64,000 bases of DNA from Candidatus Melainabacteria bacterium (GTDB lineage: Bacteria; Cyanobacteriota; Vampirovibrionia; LMEP-6097). The notes under the pieces were generated by a model that was not told where the DNA came from, did not search any database, and saw only the letters and a list, made by a program, of their open reading frames with translations. The number at the start of each line of letters is the position of its first letter. Position 1 is the stretch's first letter. Of the stretch, positions 1 to 9,094 are shown piece after piece. Position numbers and translations under genes: made by a program. The stretch covers positions 84,600 through 148,599 of the forward strand of contig DUDT01000012.1 in the NCBI GenBank assembly GCA_005110385.1. Direction: 5' to 3'.

Positions 1-27
1 ATTAATACTCTGCATGAAAGCATTTTA

Positions 28-972
28 TTGCCTTGGGATTTTGATTTAGTAAGTTTAAACTCTTTATTAGTGAAGCTCAGTAAAACATCTACTATAGACT
101 ATCCTGATGTGGGAGATGTAAATTTTTCTTTATTAAATTATATAGAACCTTTACTAAAGAGTCTTAACACCGAAAATGTAAAAATTGGATCTGAGCAAGA
201 GTATCTCTTTTCTCCTAATACTGCCATTCGGGTGATCTGCTTAAGGCGAGATAGGGCTGAGACTATAAAATCATGGATGAATAATCACAAAAATTTTAAT
301 TTTTGGTCTAGTCCTAATCATGAGTGTTTCACTCAGGGATTATATTTAAAAAATGATATACTTGGAGTTTCTTTCCCTAAGTACGATTTAGAAAAAGAAG
401 CTGCCCTTGCTAATTTTTGGGATGATTATTATTTAAAAGCTGCTCAGTTAGAGCTTATTTATCCAGATTCTTTTAAAATTTTTGATATGTCTGAGTTATT
501 TTCAGATACTTCTGTTCAAGAAAAATTATTAGATTTTTTGGAAATTCCCGCAGAGAAACGATTTACTGCCGTTCTTAATAATAAGATAGATAAAAAGGCT
601 AAAGATACTGATTTGGGTTTAGTTTTAGACTTTATCGCGGAGCTACTGTCTGAGGAAGTATTAAAATCAATTTTTAATGATTTTGATGGGGATATTTCCC
701 TTAAGTTTTTGGTTTTTTATAATTTGTTGAAAATTGCTATAGATAAGACTGATGAAGAGATGTTGCCGCTTATTAACTCATCTGAGCGTTTTTTAAATTA
801 TCTTCCAGAGATGAGTTTAATTTTTAATAATGATGTAGAAACTATAAACACTTTTCTCACTTTAAATAAAGCTTTTATAAGCTTTTCAAATGAAAAATCT
901 ATTAGATATAATTATTTTCCTAAGGTTATAGAGAACTTGAAAAGATTGATTAGCTCAAACTTGCTAAAATGA
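28..972 (+). CDS. hypothetical protein; frame is open back to base 1, so the 5' end may lie upstream of the window
   Basis: 314-codon ORF (TTG at 28, TGA stop 970-972); no in-frame stop in bases 1-27; no motif I recognise. Confidence 0.5.
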   Translation: MPWDFDLVSLNSLLVKLSKTSTIDYPDVGDVNFSLLNYIEPLLKSLNTENVKIGSEQEYLFSPNTAIRVICLRRDRAETIKSWMNNHKNFNFWSSPNHECFTQGLYLKNDILGVSFPKYDLEKEAALANFWDDYYLKAAQLELIYPDSFKIFDMSELFSDTSVQEKLLDFLEIPAEKRFTAVLNNKIDKKAKDTDLGLVLDFIAELLSEEVLKSIFNDFDGDISLKFLVFYNLLKIAIDKTDEEMLPLINSSERFLNYLPEMSLIFNNDVETINTFLTLNKAFISFSNEKSIRYNYFPKVIENLKRLISSNLLK

Positions 973-995
973 TAAAAGCTCAAAGGTGAATTTTT

Positions 996-1685
996 ATGTC
1001 CGATGAATTTGTAGGTGTTAAAAAGAATAATATTGATGAATTAAAGCGGAAGTTAAATCAAGAAATGCTTAAAGATGCTGAGACGAGAGAATATATGAAA
1101 GACAGTTTAAATCAAGATCCTAGTATGGATTCTTTTGAGTTATCTGAAGAAGTGACTCAGAAGCAGTCCGCGCCTTCAAGCGATAAGGATGCTGCGGCGA
1201 GCTTTGATTCGTCTGCTGATGGTAGTTTGCTCGCTAAATATGAAAAATTAAAAAAAGAGTTCGAAGAACTTGATGAAAGCTATAAAAGATTATGGGCAGA
1301 TCAGCAAAATATGCTTAAGCGTTTTCAAAAAGATAAGGATGATTTACGTAAATATGGCGCTCAGTCGACGATTGAGGCTATACTCCCAGCTATTGATAAT
1401 TTTGATTTCGCGAAGAAAAGTATAAAGATGGAGACTGCTTTTGAAGAGATTCTTAAGAGCTTTGATATGCTTAAGATGCAGTTCCAGATGTCTTTGCAGG
1501 CAATTGGGATAGCTGAGGTTAAAACGGATATGCTCTTTGATCCAGCTCTGCATGAAGCTGTCACGAGTGTACCTTCAATGGAACACCCAGAGGGTACTAT
1601 CCTTGAAGTGATTAAAGCTGGTTATCAGCTACAAGGAAAAGTTATTCGCCCAGCTTTAGTCGTAGTAGTCGCTAACGCAGAGTAA
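996..1685 (+). CDS. grpE: nucleotide exchange factor GrpE
   Basis: Acidic/coiled N-terminal part, then ILPAIDNFDFA and C-terminal GYQLQGKVIRPALVVV, typical of GrpE. Confidence 0.85.
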   Translation: MSDEFVGVKKNNIDELKRKLNQEMLKDAETREYMKDSLNQDPSMDSFELSEEVTQKQSAPSSDKDAAASFDSSADGSLLAKYEKLKKEFEELDESYKRLWADQQNMLKRFQKDKDDLRKYGAQSTIEAILPAIDNFDFAKKSIKMETAFEEILKSFDMLKMQFQMSLQAIGIAEVKTDMLFDPALHEAVTSVPSMEHPEGTILEVIKAGYQLQGKVIRPALVVVVANAE

Positions 1686-2789
1686 TTGTCTAATTTTAAG
1701 TTAATTCTTGAATATAATGGTGCAGGCTTTTCTGGCTCGCAGATTCAGAATGTACGTAAGGATCATGAGGACGACGAAAACGCAGAAATTGAAGATAGCG
1801 GGCAATCACAGAGGGGGACTGCTCGCTATCGTACAAGTTCAAGGCTGAGGAGGACGAATGACCGCAGTGTACGGGTAATTTCTAGCGATGCCGAGGATGC
1901 GAGCCATGTAAGTGGCTCATATCCGAGCAAGCAGAAATACAAGCTTGATTTATCAAGCTTACATGAGGATCATGAGGACGACGAAAACGCAGAAATTGAA
2001 GATAGCGAGCCGTCCCAGAGGACTGTTCAGGGCGAATTAGAAAAAGCTTTAAGTGCCTATTTTCGCTCAAATATCTCTACTAATTTTTCTAGTCGCACAG
2101 ACGCTGGCGTTCATGCTATCGGGCAAGTAGTAAATTTTCACTTAAGTCAGGACGACGGGAGTGGAATATCTGAGCAATCTTATAATTCCTTCTCGGAGCT
2201 GGTTTTATCGAACCCTGATAAATTTTTAATCGGTTTAAATGGTATTTTACCTCATGATATGGCGGTAGCGAAAATTGAACCAGTGGCAGATGATTTCGAC
2301 GCAAGGTTCTCAGCTATAGCTAGAGAGTATATGTATAAAATATTTATTCGCAAACATAGACCAGTACTGCGTTTAGATAGCTTACTGTGGGTAAAAGAAT
2401 CTTTAGATTTTAATGCGATGCAGGTTCATGCGCAGAAATTCCTCGGGGAGCATGATTTTAGTGCTTATTATAGAGCTGAAACTTATGCGAAGAACCCTCT
2501 CTGTAATGTTATGAAATCTGAAATGGTTCAGGAGAGTGGCATCTGCTTTAAATATTATATTCGTTCGAATCGTTTTTTAAAAAATATGGTGAGGCGTATA
2601 GTCGGGGAGCTTATTCAGGTGGGGAAATTAGCGGCTAAGGGTGAGGATGTGAGTAAATTAGAGCCGAATTTTATTTATACTGATGAAAATAAAAAAGAAA
2701 GTGGAGCTCTATTTGTTTCTCAGTATGGGCGTGTGAATGCTAAGGCTGAAGCCCCAGAGGGGCTGACTTTAATGAAGGTTTTTTATTAA
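1686..2789 (+). CDS. truA: tRNA pseudouridine(38-40) synthase TruA carrying a ~90-aa in-frame repeat-element insertion
   Basis: N-terminal FKLILEYNGAGFSGSQIQ ... TVQGELEKAL and catalytic RTDAGVHA; the normally contiguous N-terminal motif is split by bases ~1750-2025. Confidence 0.85.
   Translation: MSNFKLILEYNGAGFSGSQIQNVRKDHEDDENAEIEDSGQSQRGTARYRTSSRLRRTNDRSVRVISSDAEDASHVSGSYPSKQKYKLDLSSLHEDHEDDENAEIEDSEPSQRTVQGELEKALSAYFRSNISTNFSSRTDAGVHAIGQVVNFHLSQDDGSGISEQSYNSFSELVLSNPDKFLIGLNGILPHDMAVAKIEPVADDFDARFSAIAREYMYKIFIRKHRPVLRLDSLLWVKESLDFNAMQVHAQKFLGEHDFSAYYRAETYAKNPLCNVMKSEMVQESGICFKYYIRSNRFLKNMVRRIVGELIQVGKLAAKGEDVSKLEPNFIYTDENKKESGALFVSQYGRVNAKAEAPEGLTLMKVFY
1750..2025 (+). repeat. composite (about 1.5 copies plus an 88-bp internal segment) ENAE-type miniature inverted-repeat element, in frame within truA
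   Basis: GAGGATCATGAGGACGACGAAAACGCAGAAATTGAAGATAGCG occurs twice (about 1758-1800 and 1965-2007). The segment at 1828-1872 is the reverse complement of part of the intergenic copies at 13072-13155 and 37836-37958. Confidence 0.8.
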
Positions 2790-2822
2790 AAAGATTTTTT
2801 TTCTTTAATTTAAAAATACGTA

Positions 2823-3803
2823 TTGACTTTTATTAATATTCTTGTTATCTTTAGTTGTATTATGGTTGAAATTTCAAGAGGTGGCGGAATTGTTCGATAT
2901 GGTGCTAATCCAACTAGAGGAGATATTATAAGACCTGATTTTAACGAAGAACCGAATGCAAGGATTTTGCTTCGCAAGATAAAAAATCAAGTAAACACAA
3001 TTAATCTTCTGGAAACTTTAAGAGAGCGTTTAGAAAGAGTCGGAGATGATTTTTTAAATTCTAAAGCTATTAGCAGATTAAGTTCTCACGAGAAAGCATT
3101 AGTAGTTAATACAGCTCGAAGAATCTTTAATGAAAAAGAAGCAGCTTCTTTAAATTCACGACAAAAAGAAGCCGTAAATCATTTTTTTTACTCTTTAATT
3201 GAAAAATTAGCTTTAAAGCAAACTGGAGAAAGAGCTGAACAGCTGGGTCTAACGACAGTGAGTCCGCGCGATAAACTAGCAGCTGCCTCTAATAGCCAAA
3301 ACCCTGACGAAAAGTTTCTCAGAGAATTTTCAAATCTTCTAGAAACCACTTATATTAACTATCCTGGATATGGTGAAATCTCAGATGTTGATCAGAGTTT
3401 AGCGGAATTATTCGAAGAGGATTTAAATTTAAGACCGGTTGATAAAGCAAAAAATAATAACCCTTTACAGGAGATTTTGATAAGAACATTAAGAGTGGCA
3501 GATGATCATTTTAAATGTGAAAAAGATCATAATGAGCAACCCTTTAGCCAGATTCTCAAAATAGGTGATTCTTCAATTAAAGGTAAAGATCGTGATGGTC
3601 AAAGTCGTTATGAAGAGCTTGGTGGTCTAGGTGATGAGGCAAATGGCATAACTTTAGAAAGGGGTTTTGCAGAAGCATTAGAAAAGCTTTTAAATACTTA
3701 TCAAATTGTGTCGCCAGCACAGCAATTCATAAACACTGATTATCCATATTTAAATACTCTCGCTTTGGAGACAGCCGCATATAAAACTCGAAACCCTTTA
3801 TAA
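2823..3803 (+). CDS. hypothetical protein (start may be ATG at 2862)
   Basis: 326-codon ORF with no competing ORF; no recognisable motif. Confidence 0.5.
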   Translation: MTFINILVIFSCIMVEISRGGGIVRYGANPTRGDIIRPDFNEEPNARILLRKIKNQVNTINLLETLRERLERVGDDFLNSKAISRLSSHEKALVVNTARRIFNEKEAASLNSRQKEAVNHFFYSLIEKLALKQTGERAEQLGLTTVSPRDKLAAASNSQNPDEKFLREFSNLLETTYINYPGYGEISDVDQSLAELFEEDLNLRPVDKAKNNNPLQEILIRTLRVADDHFKCEKDHNEQPFSQILKIGDSSIKGKDRDGQSRYEELGGLGDEANGITLERGFAEALEKLLNTYQIVSPAQQFINTDYPYLNTLALETAAYKTRNPL

Positions 3804-3824
3804 CCCACTATAATACTATTTCCC

Positions 3825-4784
3825 ATGGTTGATGAAATTCATAATGTTATTGACTTTTCAAAATGGAGAGCTAGCAAAGCTTCAAGAAATACGGTTAGCT
3901 CTCCTAATTCCTCCGACGATCAGCGCCTTCAACAGATAGCTCAAGATATTTTTGATCGTATGACTCAGGCTGCTACAGCTTTAGTTAGAAATAATAGCTC
4001 CGAAAATGTCCAAAAACTTGAGCAAGCAGCAAATTCTTTACTGCGTCGTGAAATGTCGTTAGAGGATAAATTTGCAATATTGGGTTACTTATGTAGTTTA
4101 TCTCCAAAGCGATCAGAATTAATACATTCAGAAAATGATTGGATGATGAATCCTAAACAAGAAGCTGATTTATACATTTTTAATCAATTATCAGCTCTTC
4201 GGGTGAAATTAGAGCTTCTTAGTTGGCAAGACGAGGAAGCTTCTTTACATGAATTACATAAAGCTCCTAGTGAGGGGCATCCAGCTTGGAGTGATCAACT
4301 GTTTGCGCTATTAACTAAAACTGCAATTCCAGACTGTGACAGGGTAATGATATATGATGATCTCGCGGGTCTTTATAGCCATCATCTTAATATGTTTAAG
4401 CTGCATACTCAACAGGAACCATCTTGGGATATCGTTCAATTAGCTACTTTTGTGCTGGATATAGCTGATGAAGAATTTAGACAGGAAAAAGAATATGATG
4501 AAACAAAAGCAGTACAGTCTCAGAGGCCACAATCAGAGATAACTCTAAATGATTTACAACCAGCTTCTCTAGATCTTTTCAGGCAAAGGAGGCTATCAAG
4601 GGAAAAATATAGTACCGATTCAGGGATAATTTTAAGGAATGATTTTAAAGCAAATTTTCTACAATGGATGGATAATAATCTTGAAGATTTTCACCAAGAG
4701 GGATTGAGTGGGTCTCCTGAAGAAATATTTAGTAAACTTTGCGTTTCTGCCAAAGAAGGGCAAGCCCTAAGGCTATCCCGATAG
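3825..4784 (+). CDS. hypothetical protein
   Basis: 319-codon ORF; its 3' end overlaps the convergent lgt by 56 bp. Confidence 0.5.
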   Translation: MVDEIHNVIDFSKWRASKASRNTVSSPNSSDDQRLQQIAQDIFDRMTQAATALVRNNSSENVQKLEQAANSLLRREMSLEDKFAILGYLCSLSPKRSELIHSENDWMMNPKQEADLYIFNQLSALRVKLELLSWQDEEASLHELHKAPSEGHPAWSDQLFALLTKTAIPDCDRVMIYDDLAGLYSHHLNMFKLHTQQEPSWDIVQLATFVLDIADEEFRQEKEYDETKAVQSQRPQSEITLNDLQPASLDLFRQRRLSREKYSTDSGIILRNDFKANFLQWMDNNLEDFHQEGLSGSPEEIFSKLCVSAKEGQALRLSR

Positions 4785-5583
4785 CAGATATAAGACTAGC
4801 TGCTTTTATCGGTCCTATGTATAAACTATCAGTACGAAGCTGTTCTATAAAAATTCGTCCTAGAGAATAAAGTATAAAATACAATCCTATACACTGTTTA
4901 CTCTCTAGTTTCTTGTGAGTATTTATTAGAATGCTGAAGCTGATTAGGTTCCAGATCATTTCATATAAAAAAGTGGGATGATGATATTTACCAGTGTGGC
5001 TGATATATAATGCCCAAGGCAAACTCGTTACCGAGCCGAAAGCCTCTTCGTTAAAGAAGTTCCCCCATCTGCCGATAGCTTGCCCGAGTGGGGCTGTAAT
5101 CGCCAAGGCACTTAGCTGCAAGCTGTAGTAGCTAGCTTGAGATACAGCTACATTCTCGGACTGCTCGCCATCTTCAATTTCCGCATTTTCGTTATCCTCT
5201 GGATTATTTTTTTTCGATCTCTGAAAAAAATAACTATAAATCCAAGTTCCTAATATCCCTCCAATAAGACCACCCTGTATGCTCTGCCCACCAAGCCAGA
5301 TCTGATAAGACTCTAGAGGATGCTCCCAAAAATAACTTATATTTAATAGGACAAACCAGGCTCTAGCACCGATAATCCCAGTAACGACCGCGACTAAAGC
5401 AAAATTAGAAAAATCATCGAAAGAGACACTAAGGTTCTTCTTTAATGCTCTTTCCTTCAGGACACTAGCACCAGCATAAATGGCAGTCAGGCAGCCAAGA
5501 GCCGTCATTAGACCATACCAGCGAATCTGTGTAACACCGAAGTCAAATAATATAGGTCCAGGAGATGAGAAAAGAAGAGGCAT
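4729..5583 (-). CDS. lgt: prolipoprotein diacylglyceryl transferase with a short in-frame repeat-element insertion
   Basis: Multi-pass membrane protein with IRWYGLM, GRWGNFFNEEAFG and HPTFLYE motifs typical of Lgt. Confidence 0.85.
   Translation of the reverse strand: MPLLFSSPGPILFDFGVTQIRWYGLMTALGCLTAIYAGASVLKERALKKNLSVSFDDFSNFALVAVVTGIIGARAWFVLLNISYFWEHPLESYQIWLGGQSIQGGLIGGILGTWIYSYFFQRSKKNNPEDNENAEIEDGEQSENVAVSQASYYSLQLSALAITAPLGQAIGRWGNFFNEEAFGSVTSLPWALYISHTGKYHHPTFLYEMIWNLISFSILINTHKKLESKQCIGLYFILYSLGRIFIEQLRTDSLYIGPIKAASLISAIGIALGLALLWQKRKVY
5158..5200 (-). repeat. partial ENAE-type element (terminal repeat plus core), in frame within lgt
   Basis: GGACTGCTCGCCATCTTCAATTTCCGCATTTTCGTTATCCTC aligns with the left end of the 37836 copy (GTACTGCTCGCAAACTCCAATTCCTGCGTTTTCGTCGTCTTC); it encodes EDNENAEIEDGEQSE. 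Confidence 0.7.
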
Positions 5584-5658
5584 CGAAATATATTTTAAGC
5601 GGTATTGAAAAAAAATGTTGAACTTAAGGTAAAAAGTAGAGATTACTGCAGAACAGTC

Positions 5659-6243
5659 TCACTCTACAGGCGAACTAGAATTAAGATCATAAATCCCTTT
5701 ATCTGGAAAAAGCAGAACCTTAAATGTTTTAAGAATAATCCATATATCCAGAACTACATTATGATGCTCTGCATACCAAGTATCTAGCTCCATACGCTTT
5801 TCATAAGGAATTGAGTTTCTGCCATTAACTTGTGTCCAGCCGGTAATACCCGGTTTTACTGCTAGTTTTAACTTTTCTTTTTCAGAAAAATGTTTTACTT
5901 GTACTGGCAGAGCGGGTCTCGGACCGACTATACTCATCTCACCTTTTAAAACATTAAGTATCTGCGGCAGTTCGTCTAAGCTAGTTTTACGTAGTATTTT
6001 TCCGATGGCAGTTATGCGATCATCATCGGCACTTTCAGCGAGTCTATTCGGGTCTGCATTTAAGACCATAGTCCTAAATTTATAGCACTGAAATTCTTTA
6101 AAATCTTTTCCTACTCTAGTGTGTATATAGAGTGCTGAACCACTGCCATCTTTTTTAATTAATAGAAAAATTAATATAAGTAATGGGCTGAAGATGATAA
6201 TAGCTGAAAGGCTTAAAAATATATCTAAAAGCCTTTTAAGAAT
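5659..6243 (-). CDS. bacterial sugar transferase (polyprenyl-phosphate hexose-1-phosphate transferase family); start codon unresolved
   Basis: SLDELPQILNVLKGEMSIVGPRPALP motif. The family-typical N-terminal helix (KRLLDIFLSLSAIIIFSPLLILIFLLI) is encoded in frame upstream of the first ATG (6069) with no ATG/GTG/TTG; 6243 is an ATT. Confidence 0.65.
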   Translation of the reverse strand: MLKRLLDIFLSLSAIIIFSPLLILIFLLIKKDGSGSALYIHTRVGKDFKEFQCYKFRTMVLNADPNRLAESADDDRITAIGKILRKTSLDELPQILNVLKGEMSIVGPRPALPVQVKHFSEKEKLKLAVKPGITGWTQVNGRNSIPYEKRMELDTWYAEHHNVVLDIWIILKTFKVLLFPDKGIYDLNSSSPVE

Positions 6244-6284
6244 GCTGTTTATTTTATTTATAAAAGTATTCTGTTTCGCTAGGT

Positions 6285-7625
6285 TTAGCGCATTATCGAA
6301 TTTAGATGCTGTACCGTTTGAGGAAATGGCGTTGCTTCCTTTTTACCTTGCTTGAGAAATTTATCTATTTCTCCTTTGAGGTTTATTGATTTATCTATAT
6401 TAGCATTTGAACCTTTTTCGTAAGCACCGATATTAATCAAATCTTCATTCTCTTTGTAGGTAGACATTAGGTTACGCATATTAGCTGCTGAGGCTTGATG
6501 CTGCTCGTCTGTGATTTCTGTAAAAAGCCTGCTTATACTACCGAGTACATCTATCGCTGGGAAATGATTTCGCTCTGCGATTCTTCTTGAAAGCCATATG
6601 TGACCATCGAGTACACCCCTTACGGTATCGGCTATCGGTTCATTTACGTCATCACCTTCTACTAATACTGCATAAACAGCTGTGATAGAGCCAAGCTGTG
6701 ATTTACCAGCCCTCTCCAATACCCTTGGTATCATAGAAAATACGCTAGGCGTGTAACCTTTCATCGTAGGAGGCTCTCCTACTGCTAGACCCACATCCCT
6801 TGCAGCCATCGCCGTACGAGTCATACTATCTACCATGAGTAGTACGTTCTTGCCTTTATCTCTAAAATATTCAGCGATAGTAGTCGCTGTAAATAAGCAT
6901 TTCATACGCATCATAGCTGGCCTATCACCTGTAGCGATTACGCAGACTGATCTTTTCAGCCCTTCTTCACCTAAGCTTTCTTCCAGAAAATCCTGTACCT
7001 CACGACCACGCTCCCCTACTAGGCAGATCACGTTAATGTCAGCAGAGCAGTATCTAGCGAGCATCCCCATAGTCGTACTTTTACCTACACCAGACCCAGC
7101 GAAAAGTCCGACACGCTGTCCTACTCCTAAAGTCAGAAGACCGTCTATTGCTCTTACACCAGTAGAAAAGACATCATGGATTCTAGGTCTGCCAAAAGAA
7201 TCTGGGGCTGGTTGTTCGATATCTCTATATTCTTCATAAACTGGTACTGGCTTGTGATCCATTGGTACACCTATCGCATCTATAACCCTGCCGAGTAATT
7301 GTTCTGTAAGACCGACTTGTAATGTATGACCGCTAGGATAGACACTGCATCCTTGGCTGATACCTTTACCATCCTCTAAGCAGAGCATTAATGCTGTAGT
7401 ACCTCTGAAACCTACTACTTCACAGAGTTTGCTGTCGCCATTTTCTGTAACTATGCTGCACAACTCTCCTATAGTAGATCCGGGGAGTTGAGCCTCTAAT
7501 AAAAGTCCGACTACTTTACTCACATAGCCATGCCATTTTCTCGTCTCTTTAAGATGCTCTAGAGCTTTATCGCAGCGGCTAATAATATTACTCTGAATAT
7601 GTTCTTTAAAAGCAGAGAGATCCAT
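6285..7625 (-). CDS. fliI: flagellum-specific (type III export) ATPase FliI
   Basis: Walker A GSGVGKST, Walker B VLLMVDS, F1-beta-like fold, 446 aa. Confidence 0.85.
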   Translation of the reverse strand: MDLSAFKEHIQSNIISRCDKALEHLKETRKWHGYVSKVVGLLLEAQLPGSTIGELCSIVTENGDSKLCEVVGFRGTTALMLCLEDGKGISQGCSVYPSGHTLQVGLTEQLLGRVIDAIGVPMDHKPVPVYEEYRDIEQPAPDSFGRPRIHDVFSTGVRAIDGLLTLGVGQRVGLFAGSGVGKSTTMGMLARYCSADINVICLVGERGREVQDFLEESLGEEGLKRSVCVIATGDRPAMMRMKCLFTATTIAEYFRDKGKNVLLMVDSMTRTAMAARDVGLAVGEPPTMKGYTPSVFSMIPRVLERAGKSQLGSITAVYAVLVEGDDVNEPIADTVRGVLDGHIWLSRRIAERNHFPAIDVLGSISRLFTEITDEQHQASAANMRNLMSTYKENEDLINIGAYEKGSNANIDKSINLKGEIDKFLKQGKKEATPFPQTVQHLNSIMR

Positions 7626-7880
7626 ATTTAAGTATTATGCCCGATATTCATAGAACCATAGCTGAAGCTTGAATTTGCAGGTTTGCGAAAGTCCAGCGAC
7701 CTGAATCTTTAACAAAAATTAAAGATTTACATGATTGCTTAAAACTCTTGTCGTAATACATAATGATATGAATGAAAGAGTGTCTGTACGCATTCCGCGG
7801 GATTAGCGAAGTCGCTAAGGATGTGATGAAAATTTTTGTTTCTCATCACGGACTCTCAGGTGTAGAGGTTAAATAATTTA

Positions 7881-9080
7881 TTGATGCCCTTAGAGTCCGC
7901 TACTCTAAATAAACCTAATTTTAATGGTCAGCCTATTTTAGTGGTTTCTGAACGAAATTCCGGACCAGAAATTCAAGCTCAGAGTGAAAAACAGTCAAAA
8001 CTTTCTTTAGAAGCTGAACGAGAGCTTATGAGCCAAGTCGCTAAGCCCATGACTGGGATTGACGTTCTTGAAAACTTTTTAAGAGATAAATCTTTAAATA
8101 CTGCTGCTGATTTTATATTAAACGTATCTGACGCCCATAACCCGGTAAGAAAAATAGTTTCTAACTGGCTAAATGGAGCCACTGCGGCGATTAACATGGG
8201 AGTTGAGTTTTCTAAGCTTAAAGGTAATAAAACTGGAAGCTTAGTTGGGCAGGCTGCTTATAGGAGTTTTTTATTATTAAACTGCGGTCTTGGGACACTG
8301 ACTGGTCTTAAGCAGAACAGGGGGCTAATGGCTTTAGCTAATGCTGTTGATATTCCTTTTGCTTTTTTACCAGTTAAATGGATATATTCTGCTCGTAGAC
8401 TCTATGCAGGTTTAATGGAGTTAGATAATGCTGCTGTAAAATCTAGTAACTCTCTATTAAAACCAGAAAAAGGTAAGCCTTTTAATTCATTTGGTGATTC
8501 ATTTAAAGTAGTTTTTGAGAGAATGAAAGAATTACCAGCTGAGATTGGTGGAGATATTTCTAAAATAATGAGCGATACATCACGCTCTGCGATTGAAAAA
8601 ACGAGATCTATCTTTTCTGATGTTTTATTAAATAACCAAAAAGGTGTAATGGGCTTTATCGGTGCTAGTGGCTCACTAAGTGGTTTATTACTAAATGCTA
8701 CAGGAATGCATGGTGCTGGTAAGATTGTTGGTGATATTGTTGGGATGACTGGTCTTGTTTTAGATCGTGCTAGTTTACAGAATTTAGAGAAGGGACGTTT
8801 CTTTAACTGGCTTTCTGGAGTTTTCTTTGGGATGGGAGCTGTTGGAGATTTAACTGGTGAAACTCACTTGCAGATGGGGTCAGATGCTTTAGCTAAGATA
8901 TTTACTCAAGTATCTAATATTAGAAATGAGGTGCAGAGAAACGATTTGGAATCTATTGCTAATCCTTTCAAAAATCCTGCTAAGTTTATCACTCAAGCTT
9001 CATCTAAGCTTGCAGAAGAGTTTTTATTTAAAAAGGATGTGCAATTAAAACAACTCATCAGTGAGAGCTTCTTGATGTAA
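7881..9080 (+). CDS. hypothetical protein with Gly-rich hydrophobic segments
   Basis: 399-codon ORF (TTG 7881 or ATG 7884); segments such as GFIGASGSLSGLLLNATGMHGAGKIVGDIVGMTGLVL; no family recognised. Confidence 0.5.
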   Translation: MMPLESATLNKPNFNGQPILVVSERNSGPEIQAQSEKQSKLSLEAERELMSQVAKPMTGIDVLENFLRDKSLNTAADFILNVSDAHNPVRKIVSNWLNGATAAINMGVEFSKLKGNKTGSLVGQAAYRSFLLLNCGLGTLTGLKQNRGLMALANAVDIPFAFLPVKWIYSARRLYAGLMELDNAAVKSSNSLLKPEKGKPFNSFGDSFKVVFERMKELPAEIGGDISKIMSDTSRSAIEKTRSIFSDVLLNNQKGVMGFIGASGSLSGLLLNATGMHGAGKIVGDIVGMTGLVLDRASLQNLEKGRFFNWLSGVFFGMGAVGDLTGETHLQMGSDALAKIFTQVSNIRNEVQRNDLESIANPFKNPAKFITQASSKLAEEFLFKKDVQLKQLISESFLM

Positions 9081-9094
9081 TCTCTTGATAGGGA

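Noticed and set aside
1344-2304. Antisense track ORFs inside grpE and truA (1344-1553, 1361-1564, 1882-2070, 2116-2304)
   Set aside because: They are shadow ORFs opposite well-supported genes. Two of them are generated by the repeat-element insertion, which happens to be open on the opposite strand.
5605-5787. Short intergenic or edge track ORFs: 5605-5787, 17353-17550, 17567-17785, 29224-29433
   Set aside because: They are 60-72 codons of AT-rich, low-complexity sequence that overlaps real genes or a repeat fragment. They have no motifs and no plausible ribosome-binding site.
7626-7880. Known riboswitch or small RNA (SRP, 6S, c-di-GMP, guanidine and others) in the fliI-upstream intergenic region
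   Set aside because: I could not find the conserved core sequences of any class I remember. Only generic hairpins are present, and these are reported separately at low interest.
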